This document shows, one piece after another, positions 30,429 to 40,816 of a DNA stretch of 64,000 bases. How positions within the stretch are numbered: the first letter of the stretch is position 1; each line of letters opens with the position of its first letter. The notes below the pieces were generated by a model. It ran no database searches, was not told where the DNA came from, and worked only from the letters and a program-made list of their open reading frames with translations. The translations under genes and the position numbers were made by a program. This stretch comes from Gemmatales bacterium. GTDB taxonomy: Bacteria > Planctomycetota > Planctomycetia > Gemmatales > HRBIN36. Location: contig JBEPZY010000002.1 in the NCBI GenBank assembly GCA_041640595.1, forward strand, positions 564,651 to 628,650. The letters run 5' to 3'.

Positions 30429-30846
30429 GATCGCATTCGCTCTGAAAATACTGCACAATGTCTGCCAATGCCGAACCGGGACCGAAAACTTTATCCACAC
30501 CGCATGCTAATAGCGCAGGCACATCCTCTTCCGGGATAGTTCCGCCCACGACGACACGGACATGGGTAAGCCCTTGCTGGCGGAGCAGTTCTAATACGCG
30601 GGGCACTAACACTAAGTGTGCACCGCTCAGGATACTGATACCTAGCCAGCCAGCGTCTTCCTCGGCGACGACACGGACGACACTTTCCGGACTCAGCCAC
30701 AAACCGGGGTAAATAACTTCGAAACCGGCATCGCGCAGAGCCCGCGCGACCACTTTGATACCGCGGTCGTGCCCATCCAGACCAACCTTGGCCAGGACGA
30801 TGCGTCGAGTCTGGCTCTTCAGCTTACCAGGTGGGGGGACGTTCAT
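30415..30846 (-). CDS. Cobalamin-binding small subunit of an acyl-CoA mutase
   Basis: GLDGHDRG (DxHxxG), SILSGAH and GGTIP motifs. Confidence 0.93.
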   Translation of the reverse strand: MNVPPPGKLKSQTRRIVLAKVGLDGHDRGIKVVARALRDAGFEVIYPGLWLSPESVVRVVAEEDAGWLGISILSGAHLVLVPRVLELLRQQGLTHVRVVVGGTIPEEDVPALLACGVDKVFGPGSALADIVQYFQSECDHERN

Positions 30847-32476
30847 AGCGACCAAAGACATCAGCAAGGGCTTGCATAGCTTCGCCAACACTTACCCGAG
30901 CACCGGCCGCTTCGATCAGCGCAGGCATAAGATTTTCACCTCGCTCCGCAGCCCGACGAATGGCATCTAGATGTCGCTGCACTTCCTCGTTATCACGCTG
31001 CGCCTTGATTCTTCGCAATCGCTCAATCTGCTCCGTTTCGATCGCCGGGTCGAGCCGCAAAATTTCTATGGGATGCTGCTCGGGCTCAATAAAGGCGTTG
31101 ACCCCGACGATAATCTTACGGCGAGCCTCGACCTCGCGCTGATAAGCGTAAGCGGATTCAGCAATTTCGCGGCGGAAAAATCCGTTTTCAATTCCGGCCA
31201 AGACTCCGCCCATCTCTTCGATGCGGTGAAAATACTCCTCTGCCTCTCGTTGCAATTGCCGGGTCAATGCCTCTACATAATAACTGCCACCCAGCGGGTC
31301 CACAGTGTTAGTTACGCCGGTTTCATAGGCCAGCACCTGCTGAGTGCGCAGCGCTAAGGTAGCAGCACGTTCCGTAGGCAGCGATAAGGTCTCATCTAAG
31401 CTGTTCGTGTGAAGGGATTGACAACCTCCCAGCACAGCCGCCAATGCTTGATAAGCGACGCGAATCAAGTTAACTTCCGGTTGTTGGGCTTGCAAGGTGC
31501 ACCCGGCGGTCTGGGCGTGGAAACGCAATTTCCAGGAGTTAGCGTTCTTCGCACCGTATCGCTCACGCATAGCGCGTGCCCACAGAACGCGGGCAGCCCG
31601 GTATTTCGCTACTTCCTCAAAAAGATCATTGTGGGCATTGAAAAAGAAACTCAAGCGGGGAGCGAATTCATCTATATTCAGTCCGCGCTCTAAGCTTTTT
31701 TCCACGTAATGAAAACCATCTGCCAGGGTGAAAGCCAGCTCCTGCACGGCGGTCGCACCTGCTTCGCGGATATGATACCCGCTAATCGAAACCGTATTCC
31801 ACTGCGGCACATACTTAGTGCAGAACTCGATCACATCTATCACCAGGCGTACCGAGGGTTCCGGCGGGAACACGAATTCGTTTTGGGCGTGGAATTCCTT
31901 GAGGATATCGTTTTGAATGGTGCCGCGCAGTCGCTTCCAGTCAAACCCGCGTTCGCGAGCATCGGCCAGGAAAAACGCCAGCATCACGATAGCCGGGGCA
32001 TTGATAGTCATGGATACCGATACCTGGTGCAGGTCTATACCGGCATAGAGGTCGTGGATGTCATCAATGGTATCCACAGCGACACCAAGGCGCCCGACTT
32101 CACCGCGTGCACGCGGGTCGTCACTATCCATCCCCATCAAGGTAGGGAGATCGAAAGCGGTACTCAGTCCGGTTTGGCCCTTGGCAAGGAGAAAGTGAAA
32201 GCGCTGGTTAGTCTGCCGCGCGGTACCAAAGCCCGCGAATTGCCGCATGGTCCAGAGTCGGCCACGGTACATAGAGGCGTGTACCCCGCGAGTATAGGGG
32301 TACTGTCCTGGATAACCTAATTCGCGTTCGTAATCAAAATCCGGCAAGTCCTCGGGAGTATAGAGAGCTGCAACTTCCCGGCCACTGACCGTCGTAGGTG
32401 GTTCGGGACGGTGAGGACTGCGGCGAAGTTCCTCTTCATAGGCCTGCCGGGCCGACTCATATAAAGTGGTGGGCAT
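30824..32476 (-). CDS. Acyl-CoA mutase large (substrate-binding) subunit, isobutyryl-CoA mutase-like
   Basis: YTRG...WTMRQFAGFG, GLSTAFDLPT, QNDILKEFHAQ, SISGYHIREAG and QSLHTNSLDE motifs. Confidence 0.93.
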   Translation of the reverse strand: MPTTLYESARQAYEEELRRSPHRPEPPTTVSGREVAALYTPEDLPDFDYERELGYPGQYPYTRGVHASMYRGRLWTMRQFAGFGTARQTNQRFHFLLAKGQTGLSTAFDLPTLMGMDSDDPRARGEVGRLGVAVDTIDDIHDLYAGIDLHQVSVSMTINAPAIVMLAFFLADARERGFDWKRLRGTIQNDILKEFHAQNEFVFPPEPSVRLVIDVIEFCTKYVPQWNTVSISGYHIREAGATAVQELAFTLADGFHYVEKSLERGLNIDEFAPRLSFFFNAHNDLFEEVAKYRAARVLWARAMRERYGAKNANSWKLRFHAQTAGCTLQAQQPEVNLIRVAYQALAAVLGGCQSLHTNSLDETLSLPTERAATLALRTQQVLAYETGVTNTVDPLGGSYYVEALTRQLQREAEEYFHRIEEMGGVLAGIENGFFRREIAESAYAYQREVEARRKIIVGVNAFIEPEQHPIEILRLDPAIETEQIERLRRIKAQRDNEEVQRHLDAIRRAAERGENLMPALIEAAGARVSVGEAMQALADVFGRYERPPTW

Positions 32477-32580
32477 GCTTATCTTCTCCCCTAATCAAGT
32501 GTTTCATGGCCAATTAAGCGGAATTGCGGTTGTTTGCCAGGCGGCGATCCCCGCGATAGTTGGTGCGAGTTTATATAGCT

Positions 32581-33762
32581 CTAAGTGCAAAGTTCGATAA
32601 GCATGGCGACAGCGTTGCCGCCACCCAAGCACAGAGCGGCAATACCGGTACGCAAGTTCTTGCGTTTCAAAGCATAAATCAAGGTGGTAAGCACCCGGGC
32701 ACCGGAAGCACCGATAGGATGCCCCAGAGCGATTGCTCCACCGTGAATATTGACTTTCTCCGGTGGCAACTCCAGTTCTCGGAGGCAAGCTATCATCTGA
32801 GCGGCGAAGGCCTCGTTGATTTCAAGAAGGTCTATATCTTGCAAGGAGATACCGGCTTTATTGCATACAGCGCGGATGGCGGGAACCGGAGCGATAAATA
32901 ACTCTTTCGGCTCGACACCGCTGGTCGCATAGGCGCGGATGGAAGCAAGTGGGCGCAAGTTCAGTTGACGAGCACGTTCCGAGTTGGCGACCACCAGAGC
33001 CGCGGCTCCATCGCTCAGCATGGAAGCGTTTCCGGCGGTAACCGTGCCATCGGGCTGGAAGGCTGGCTCTAACCGCTGCAGGGCCTGGAAGCTGGTATCG
33101 GGACGGATACCTTCGTCGTGCTGGAAAAGCTGTTCCTGACCGCGTGTGCGAATGGGTACGGGGACGATTTCGTCCTGGAACCAGCCATTTTGCCAGGCCT
33201 GCGCCGCCCGGCGATGGCTTTCCAGAGCGTAGGCGTCTTGCTGGGCGCGGGTGATGCCGTATTTGGAGGCGGTATATTCTGCGGCCTGGCCCATGTGCCA
33301 GTTTTCGAAGGCACAGCATAGACCGTCGCGGAGTAAGACATCCTCCGCCTGCTGGTGACCGTAACGCCAACCGCTGCGCACGCCGCGAAGCAAAAACGGG
33401 GCTTGACTCATGCTCTCCATGCCACCGGCCAGGACAATTTCAGCATCGCCAGCACGAATGGCCTGAGCGGCCAGCATGACGGCTTTGAGTCCCGAACCGC
33501 AGACCTTGTTGACGGTAAAAGCGGCGACGGCAGGTGGCAAACCGGCGCGGAGAGCGACCTGTCGCGCTGGATTTTGCCCCTGGCCCGCCTGGAGAACCTG
33601 ACCGAAGATCACCTCGTCCACCAGGGTCGGTGGTAGTTGAGCCCGGCGGAGGGCTTCCCGGGCGGTTAGAGTTGCCAATTCTACCGCCGAGTAGCTGCTC
33701 AACGCACCAAGCAACTTGCCGATCGGCGTCCGGACTGCCGACAGGATGACCGCTTCCGTCAT
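32581..33762 (-). CDS. Acetyl-CoA C-acetyltransferase (thiolase)
   Basis: NKVCGSG, NEAFA, GHPIGASG and CLGGG motifs. Confidence 0.96.
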   Translation of the reverse strand: MTEAVILSAVRTPIGKLLGALSSYSAVELATLTAREALRRAQLPPTLVDEVIFGQVLQAGQGQNPARQVALRAGLPPAVAAFTVNKVCGSGLKAVMLAAQAIRAGDAEIVLAGGMESMSQAPFLLRGVRSGWRYGHQQAEDVLLRDGLCCAFENWHMGQAAEYTASKYGITRAQQDAYALESHRRAAQAWQNGWFQDEIVPVPIRTRGQEQLFQHDEGIRPDTSFQALQRLEPAFQPDGTVTAGNASMLSDGAAALVVANSERARQLNLRPLASIRAYATSGVEPKELFIAPVPAIRAVCNKAGISLQDIDLLEINEAFAAQMIACLRELELPPEKVNIHGGAIALGHPIGASGARVLTTLIYALKRKNLRTGIAALCLGGGNAVAMLIELCT

Positions 33763-33920
33763 GATGTTTCTCCCGGCCTGGAACATGACGCTGTTAAACT
33801 CTACGCAAAAATTGGCCGAACTCCCAGGCGTCCTCGCTAGAACACTGGGGGAGTTTCATGCTCGCTAACACGTGCTCTCGCCGTCCGGCATTCGGTGGGC
33901 GAGCATGGTTGATGCAGGAG

Positions 33921-34682
33921 TTAGCGGCTCAGGTTAGGCGGTGTTTCCGCAAACTGGCGGGCGATTTGCGGCACCAGCCAGGCTTCGTTCTCCCGGCGGA
34001 CGAACGTAGCCAGCAGCCTCGCTCGTAAAACCACACCTTTTTCCAGAGCGGTATCGAAAAGTCGAAAAGACACAGTGCCCGACGGTGAAACGTGTACCCT
34101 TGTAACTTCGTCCGCGCGGGCCAGTTCCAGGTAGGACCAATCGGGCACGGCTTGCGGTCGCAACAAGGCTGCTCGGACGGCAGCATGCACGTCAGGCGTC
34201 TCGAAAGCAACGCACGAATCCAGATCGCTGACAGTCTCCAGCGCCAGGTCTGCAACCTGACCCGGGGTCAGCAGGGAAACTTCCAGCCAGAACCGGCAAG
34301 CTTCGAGGACCCAGCGTGCGTGAAGTTCGACCGGACAATCAGAGCGTGCGGGCCAGCTGGCGGTGACGCGATTTTCCTGAATGACGATTTCTGCGGTGGG
34401 TAAATCGGCAAGCTGCCAGCAGCGATCCCCAATCCGCAACTGCGACAGGCCCAGGATGGCGGGTGCTTTCCAGGCTCCGCCACTCACCGCTTGAGCCGGC
34501 TTTGCCTCGCGGTTACCTGGTTCTGGAGCAACCAGCCCTTGCGTGGCCGATGTACCGCCCGATGCGAAGGTCACTTCTGTTAACCCGCGCACCGGATGCC
34601 AGACCAACTCCCACCACGGACTGCGAACGCGGCAGGTGCGTTCTGCTTCCAGCGACCAGGACAGGTTCTGTGCTTCGGACAT
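33921..34682 (-). CDS. Hypothetical protein
   Basis: Long ORF with protein-like composition and a conserved-looking tail (LEKGVVLRARL...PPNLSR); start uncertain. Confidence 0.6.
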   Translation of the reverse strand: MSEAQNLSWSLEAERTCRVRSPWWELVWHPVRGLTEVTFASGGTSATQGLVAPEPGNREAKPAQAVSGGAWKAPAILGLSQLRIGDRCWQLADLPTAEIVIQENRVTASWPARSDCPVELHARWVLEACRFWLEVSLLTPGQVADLALETVSDLDSCVAFETPDVHAAVRAALLRPQAVPDWSYLELARADEVTRVHVSPSGTVSFRLFDTALEKGVVLRARLLATFVRRENEAWLVPQIARQFAETPPNLSR

Positions 34683-35047
34683 AATCTTAGGCGGCGTCTT
34701 CTGGGCGAAGGAGTACAGCTGTCGCTGGGCAAGAAAAGCAGACCAACTCCGGAAATCCACGCCCCGTTCTGTGTGATCGCATGCAGCTGCGACTCCAGCC
34801 TTATCCACATCGGTGCTTGTTTCCGGCGGCTAATATAGCAGCCTGCGGGAACATTTTCCGGCCGTTTCGTTTCCAGAGGGCAGAGGCTTGCCGCAAAGCG
34901 TTTACGATAACGGCACGATGACCCAAAGCCCTTTCTTGGGGGTCAGCTGGCAGAGCAGCCCTGTCGAGTTAACGTAGTGCCTATGCGAAAGCCGTGCGTC
35001 CGGCTTAGCCTTTGCTCGTGCAAAAAGGCGACCGTATTAGTGCGCGA

Positions 35048-35386
35048 TCAGGCCGGCTCAATGGTGACGGTCAAACCTTTGGAGGCGAATTGCTCGGCGT
35101 ACAGTTCGGCTCGTTCTTTATGGGTAACCAGAAGCAGGGCCACACCGTTTTTGTGGGCTTCGAGCATTCGCTGCGTGGCTTCTTCGCGGCTGAGGGCGGT
35201 CAACTCCAGAATGGTCTGCACAACGTACGCCATGTCGTGAACGTCGTCGTTGTGAAGCAAGAGTTTGTAAGGCGGCAACCGATCCACGCGACTGGCCGGC
35301 TGGTCTTGCGGCAGCGCTTGCGGTGGATGGGCCCGCGGTCGAGTGGTACCTGGTTCGCGGCGTGGCTTACGTGGCGTGTCGCTCAT
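35048..35386 (-). CDS. clpS: ATP-dependent Clp protease adaptor ClpS
   Basis: PPYKLLLHNDDVHDMAYVV and MLEAHKNGVA motifs; RBS GGAGG. Confidence 0.92.
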   Translation of the reverse strand: MSDTPRKPRREPGTTRPRAHPPQALPQDQPASRVDRLPPYKLLLHNDDVHDMAYVVQTILELTALSREEATQRMLEAHKNGVALLLVTHKERAELYAEQFASKGLTVTIEPA

Positions 35387-35640
35387 GATGACCCCTCCGG
35401 TTCGCAGCACCAAGGAAATGACCTGGCCTCCCGCCCCGCCGTTCATCCTGAAAATGCCCCTCCGTTACAGGATAACGGCCCACCCTACCAGCCGTACAAG
35501 GGGAATCCGAAAGCAGAATACAAAAAAATCGGCTCCTCGGCCGCTTTTGCCTGCATTTCGGGCAGTCTTTGCCCAGACGGCGAGATCGCATGGAGTTTGT
35601 TTGCTCCGCGGTCAGGTTAGGGAGGCAGTCTGGAAAAAGG

Positions 35641-36118
35641 GGGGAGTTGGCCTGTAAGCCGGGTTCTGTACCCCGCACCATTCCGGTCCGGCTTGGCGAG
35701 AATCCAAACCAGGCCGGAATGGTGCGAGGCGATGGTCATTCCTCTAGGCCGACGGTTACCCGTCGGCTCAAGCGGCCTACCCAGGAGTAACGCAGGCCTG
35801 CAGCGAGCCTGCCGGGGCCGGACCAGCCCTCCTCCTTTATTTGGCCTTGCTCCCGGTGGGGTTTGCCGAGCCAGTCGGTCGCCCGACTGCTGGTGCGCTC
35901 TTACCGCACCTTTTCACCCTTACCTGATCCCGGTAATTTACCGGGCCATCGGCGGTATGCTTTCTGTTGCACTTTCCCTGGCCTCGCGGCCGGTGGGCGT
36001 TACCCACCACCGTGTCCTGTGGAGCCCGGACTTTCCTCTCCCCGTTCGGTTTGCGGCTGGCGTCCCCTGGCAGCGTTGCCACCAGGCCGAACGGAGAGCG
36101 ACCATCCGGCCAACTCCC
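35641..36118 (-). ncRNA. rnpB: RNase P RNA (type A)
   Basis: Minus strand GAGGAAAGTCCGGGC, GGAAAGTGCAACAGA, GGGTGAAAAGGTGCGGTAAGAGCGCAC, GGAGCAAGGCCAA and ACAGAACCCGGCTTA; P1 GGAGTTGGCC/GGCCAACTCC. Confidence 0.97.
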
Positions 36119-36286
36119 AAAGGATTATACGCAACTGCTGTGCCCAATTTAACACTGGCGCTCGTTTTGGTGAGTCGGATCGCCAACCGGCTAAAGCACC
36201 GACCGACTGACCGGGGGTTGCCTGACGGTAGATTCGGCTCGCTGGTTACTGTGATGCTAGCCGACCTGGCTAACGCGAGTGAGCGG

Positions 36287-37333
36287 TCATTTCGGCATGA
36301 TGACGATTTTGCGATCGCCTCCGCCGTAAAGGAGTGTACTGCTCCGGGCATTGCCGAACCACGTAACCGCATACACGGCATCGCGGGGCCCGCGAATTTC
36401 TTCGGCACAAGCAAAACTCTGACCGGAATCCTTTGGGCCAATCAGCAATTTACCGATGCACACACGGTGTTCTTCACCGACCCAGGCGAGCCGGTGCCCT
36501 GGAACATCGAAAGCAATCGCGTAAACCGCTTGCCGAAACGGACCGAGCATTGCGCGTAAGTTTCCCTGCTCGACATCCCAGAGGCGAACAGTGCGGTCGT
36601 GGCTGGCGCTGGCCAGAAGCCGACCGTCGGGCGAGAATCGGCAACGGTACACGTAACTGGTATGCCCGCGGAGAATGCGCCCCTCTTTGCGCTGCCAGTT
36701 CCACAGCCGAACGGTGCGATCTTCGCTGGACGTGGCCAGCAGACCGCCGGGCGAAAAGGCAACGCCGTAAATCGCCCCGTCGTGCCCGCTCAACGTGGCC
36801 GCTTCCTTGCCCGTAGCCACCTCCCAGACGCGACAGGTGAAATCTTTTTCGCCGCCACCGGTAGCCAACCATCGGCCATCCGGCGAGAAAGCCAGCGCAT
36901 ACACGGGGCCGACGTGTCCGGTCAGGACGAAACGTTTACGCAGCGAATCAGCATTCAGAATCTCCACTTGCCCGTCGCCAATGGCGACCGCTAGCAGCTT
37001 GCCATCGGGGCTGAAGGCGGCGTCGTACACCGGGCCGTCGTAATCCAGGCGAGCCAGGCATTTCCCCCCGCGCCAGTCCCAGATGCGTGCCGTGCCATCT
37101 TCCGAAGCCGATACCAGCCGCTCGCCATCCGGAGTCAGCGCAAGAGCGTAGATGTTGTCGGTGTGGCCTTCTAAAACTCGCTCGCTGGTTTTTGCCGAAT
37201 CGGTATCCGCACCTGCTTCACATCCGACAGCCAAAAAGCTGACCCTGTAGCCGAGTGTGCCGGATAAAGCGATGACCGCAGTCGTTACCACTGCGACGGC
37301 CAGGAGCCTGAATGGACGAATTGGAGGCATCAT
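36287..37333 (-). CDS. Exported WD40-repeat protein
   Basis: N-terminal hydrophobic segment; about 7 GH...FSPDG...WD repeats. Confidence 0.92.
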   Translation of the reverse strand: MMPPIRPFRLLAVAVVTTAVIALSGTLGYRVSFLAVGCEAGADTDSAKTSERVLEGHTDNIYALALTPDGERLVSASEDGTARIWDWRGGKCLARLDYDGPVYDAAFSPDGKLLAVAIGDGQVEILNADSLRKRFVLTGHVGPVYALAFSPDGRWLATGGGEKDFTCRVWEVATGKEAATLSGHDGAIYGVAFSPGGLLATSSEDRTVRLWNWQRKEGRILRGHTSYVYRCRFSPDGRLLASASHDRTVRLWDVEQGNLRAMLGPFRQAVYAIAFDVPGHRLAWVGEEHRVCIGKLLIGPKDSGQSFACAEEIRGPRDAVYAVTWFGNARSSTLLYGGGDRKIVIMPK

Positions 37334-37600
37334 GGAAAATTGTGTCCTGCGTTTTTAGTCCGGCTGAGTGTGGCTGAGCTGAGTGCTTTTTACCGTGGAT
37401 GCGGCTGACCGATGAGCAGACAGCTAGTTGGATGGTTCGGTCGAAAGCTCGCGCAGCAGGTCAGCCCATTATATCAGACGGGTGAGAGTGGTGCACAAAT
37501 CAGACCGGCTCATTTCCGCGTAACGCTGTGGATTGCTTCTGCACTACGCGCGACGCGAACTGCTCTCGTGAGTCAGGCCAGGGTGTGCTATGGTAACAAT

Positions 37601-38590
37601 ATGCGATGGTGTCTGGTAACTGGCGGTGCTGGCTTTCTGGGCTCGCATCTGGTGGAAGCTCTGCTGGAGCGGGGTTACCGAGTCCGTGTGCTGGACGATT
37701 TCAGCAGCGGCAAAAGGGAAAACCTGGCTCCATTCCAGTCGCAAATCGAGCTGCAAGTGGGTAGTGTTACCGACGTTACCGCAGTCGAATCGGCAATACG
37801 GGGTTGCGAACTGGTCTTTCATCTGGCGGCGATCGCATCGGTGCAACGCAGCCTCGAAGACCCGTTGCAGACGCATGCGGTCTGTGCCACCGGGACGCTC
37901 CAGGTTTTGCAAGCGGCTCGCCGCTTGGGCGTGCGGAGAGTGGTGTATGCCGGCAGCAGCAGTTGTTACGGCGACCAGTCGGACAAACTGAGTGGCGAAA
38001 CTGCGACTGCCAGCCTTCGTCCGTGCCGGGAGGATGACCCGCTTCGACCGCTTTCGCCGTATGCCGCCGCCAAACTTGCCGGGGAAATGTATTGCCGGGC
38101 GTTTAGCCAGGCGTTTGGTCTGGAGACGGTGGTGCTCCGCTTTTTCAACATTTACGGGCCGCGACAGGATGCAAAAAGTCCCTATTCCGGAGTGATCGCT
38201 TTGTTTGCCAACGCGATGTTGCGGGGGCAATCGCCGACTATTTATGGAGACGGTCTGCAGTCGCGGGACTTTGTGTTCGTGGCCGATGCTGTGCAGGCAC
38301 TCCTGCTGGCCGCGGAAACCCCATCGGCACGGGGTCAGGTTTATAACATCGGCACCGGTCAGGCGACCACCGTGCTGGCACTCGTGGAGCATTTCAATCG
38401 CCTGTTGGGAACGAACATAGTTGCCCGGCACGGACCACCCCGCCCTAGCGATGTGCGTCATTCTCTGGCGGACATCACCCGTGCCCGCCGCGAACTGCGG
38501 TATCAACCCCGCACACCGCTTCCCGAAGGCCTGCGACTGACGCTGGACTGGCTGCGTGCGTGTCCCGAAGTTACTGCCCAAACACCATGA
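37601..38590 (+). CDS. NAD-dependent nucleotide-sugar epimerase/dehydratase
   Basis: TGGAGFLG, YAAAK and RFFNIYGPRQD motifs. Confidence 0.93.
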   Translation: MRWCLVTGGAGFLGSHLVEALLERGYRVRVLDDFSSGKRENLAPFQSQIELQVGSVTDVTAVESAIRGCELVFHLAAIASVQRSLEDPLQTHAVCATGTLQVLQAARRLGVRRVVYAGSSSCYGDQSDKLSGETATASLRPCREDDPLRPLSPYAAAKLAGEMYCRAFSQAFGLETVVLRFFNIYGPRQDAKSPYSGVIALFANAMLRGQSPTIYGDGLQSRDFVFVADAVQALLLAAETPSARGQVYNIGTGQATTVLALVEHFNRLLGTNIVARHGPPRPSDVRHSLADITRARRELRYQPRTPLPEGLRLTLDWLRACPEVTAQTP

Positions 38591-38736
38591 TGTCAGGCGA
38601 TCGTTGTCGCTGCAAATCCACTGACGTCGCTTCACGCAGCGCTGAGGAGTTTGTTCGCTGCCATACCCGGTTGCGAGTGCGGACGCTTGCCGGCGAGAAA
38701 AACAATTTTTGCGATGCACAAACGCACATCAGCAAA

Positions 38737-39039
38737 GAGCGGTGTTCGTCAGCCCGCCGTGGGTGTGAGTATGGTAATTGCAACGGAGTACGTTTTCGTC
38801 GAGAGCGGCGTTCGTCCGCCCGCCGTGGTTCGGGGAAGCGGACTGGACAAGGCCCTTTGGCAAAGTCGCGGGAGACTACCGGCGGTGAGCTGACGAACGC
38901 CGGTGCAGTCGCGGTAGCGAAACCACGGGGGGCTAACGCCCCCGCTCCCGACGTTCCTTATGACGTCGGTCCGCGAACATGGCCACGCTCGCCGTCGCTA
39001 TTGCGTCCAAAACCACGGGGGCTAACGCCCCCCGCTCTT
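38737..39039. repeat. Cluster of REP-like palindromes (2 reverse, 1 degenerate, 2 forward)
   Basis: Copies at 38737-62 (-), 38803-30 (-), ~38878-904 (degenerate), 38920-48 (+) and 39009-39 (+) of CCACGG(C/G)GGGC..ACG....CCGCTC. Confidence 0.82.
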
Positions 39040-39119
39040 GTGTTGCGGTGCGAGCATCTGTCGGCGAAACGCCAACATGCGCCCTGCTAGGATAATGGCG
39101 AAGACCTGAGGAATTGCCC

Positions 39120-39824
39120 ATGACCCGTGAGCGTGTGCTGGTGCTCGACCTCGACGGGACGCTGGTGGATTCGCTGCCGCACCTGTTCCGCGCTTTTCGT
39201 GAAGCGGTCGGGCCATTCGTGCGCCGACCGCCGACCGACGCCGAGATCGTGGCGACATTCGGCCCGGCCGAACGCGGTTGCCTGGAAAGGCTGCTCTCGA
39301 ATCCGGAACTGGCCTGGCCTGATTCGCTCATGCATCTGAACGAGGCCCATGCGGCATTTTTGCGACTGTACGAATCGAATCATGCACAAGGTGTGCGGCT
39401 GTTTCCGGGCATGGAACAGGTGCTGGATGCGGCGGAGCGAAACGGCTGGCGACTGGCCGTCTTTACCGGCAAGGGTCGCCCCTCGGCCCTCTTTACGCTG
39501 GAGCAACTGGGCGTGTTGCCACGCCTGGCGGCAGTGATAACCAGCGACGATGTCCCACGCCATAAGCCCGCTCCCGATGGGATTTTGGCCATCCTGCAGC
39601 AAGTCGGGATGAGTCCGCGCGAGGCACTGGTGGTTGGCGATGCCCCAGCCGACATCCAGGCTGGTCGCGCTGCCGGTTGCCCGACTGCCGCCGCTTTGTG
39701 GGGCGCTTTTTCCCGCACCGACCTGCTCGCCGCACAACCCGACTACATCCTTCACCAACCGACCGACCTGCTGCCGATCCTGCGGAAACCTGGTGGTGGT
39801 GATGGAATTATCCCCACTTTATGA
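39120..39824 (+). CDS. HAD-family phosphatase (phosphoglycolate phosphatase-like)
   Basis: DLDGTLVDS, KPAPDG and VGDAPADIQAG motifs. Confidence 0.92.
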   Translation: MTRERVLVLDLDGTLVDSLPHLFRAFREAVGPFVRRPPTDAEIVATFGPAERGCLERLLSNPELAWPDSLMHLNEAHAAFLRLYESNHAQGVRLFPGMEQVLDAAERNGWRLAVFTGKGRPSALFTLEQLGVLPRLAAVITSDDVPRHKPAPDGILAILQQVGMSPREALVVGDAPADIQAGRAAGCPTAAALWGAFSRTDLLAAQPDYILHQPTDLLPILRKPGGGDGIIPTL

Positions 39825-39976
39825 CCAGGGCAACATGATCCCGTAGTGGCGATGGAAATTCGGTGATCTGAGGTGTATCAATGTGACTGGGTACCGGCAA
39901 ATAAATTAGGCGAGCTACCGCATTGCCCTTCGCCATACCGCATGCGCTGTACCCTCTAAACCGCCACACACAGGAG

Positions 39977-40816
39977 ATGACCATGCTCAGGTTAAGCCGA
40001 ATCGGGTGCGTCGCTTTTCTCGCTGCCGCGTGCATGCTGACGACGGCCATGCTCTGGGCCGACAAGAAGAAAGACTCCAATTCTGCCGACGACAATACCG
40101 TCGCCGCCCGCGTTAAGGAAGTGGATGCGGGCAAGAACACGCTCACCGTCCTTATCGCCAGCAAGAACGGTGAAAAGCGGGTCGAAGAGAAAACCTTTAC
40201 GCTGCGTCCGCAAACACGCATTGGCTGGATCGTCGGCAAAGGGCAGGAGCCCAAACCGGGCAAGCTCTCAGAACTGCAACCGGGCGACCAGGTGATCCTG
40301 CGTCTGTCGGCAGACGCTAAAGAAGTGCAGGGGCTGGAAGCTTTACCGCCAACGCTGCATGGGACCATCCGCGCTATCGCGGCCGAGCGTCGCACCATCA
40401 CCATCGGTGCCAAAGACAAAGGCGGGCCGACCGAGCGTGAACTCATCGTCCCAGCAGACGCTAAAATCCTGCTGAGCGACGGCGTGAGCAAGAACGAAGC
40501 TCCGAAAGAAGGCAAGCTGACCGACCTCAGCGAAGGTCTATTCGTATCGGTGGCGCTGGGGCTGGATCGTAAAACGGCCCAGGTCGTCCACGCCCAGGGC
40601 CCAAGCGTTGCCGGCACCCTTCGTGGATTCGACGCCGGAACTCGCACGCTCACCATCCAGGTCAAAGAAGACGGTCAGCTGGTGGAAAAATCGTTTCGCC
40701 TGGCTGGTAACGCACGAGTGGAAGGGGAATTGACGCCGGGTGAACTGGTTCATCTGCGGCTGTCTGTGAGCGATCGCGCCACCGCTGTTGCCGTGCAGGT
40801 CGGCAAGAAGAAGTAA
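39977..40816 (+). CDS. Secreted hypothetical protein with three internal OB-like repeats
   Basis: Signal peptide; repeated 'G.(I/L/V)..(V/I)DA..(N/R)TLT(V/I)...KL.(E/D)L..G..V.L.L' units. Confidence 0.72.
   Translation: MTMLRLSRIGCVAFLAAACMLTTAMLWADKKKDSNSADDNTVAARVKEVDAGKNTLTVLIASKNGEKRVEEKTFTLRPQTRIGWIVGKGQEPKPGKLSELQPGDQVILRLSADAKEVQGLEALPPTLHGTIRAIAAERRTITIGAKDKGGPTERELIVPADAKILLSDGVSKNEAPKEGKLTDLSEGLFVSVALGLDRKTAQVVHAQGPSVAGTLRGFDAGTRTLTIQVKEDGQLVEKSFRLAGNARVEGELTPGELVHLRLSVSDRATAVAVQVGKKK

Noticed and set aside
35693..36559. 288-aa ORF over rnpB
   Set aside because: Translation of the antisense of RNase P RNA and of the WD40 gene end.
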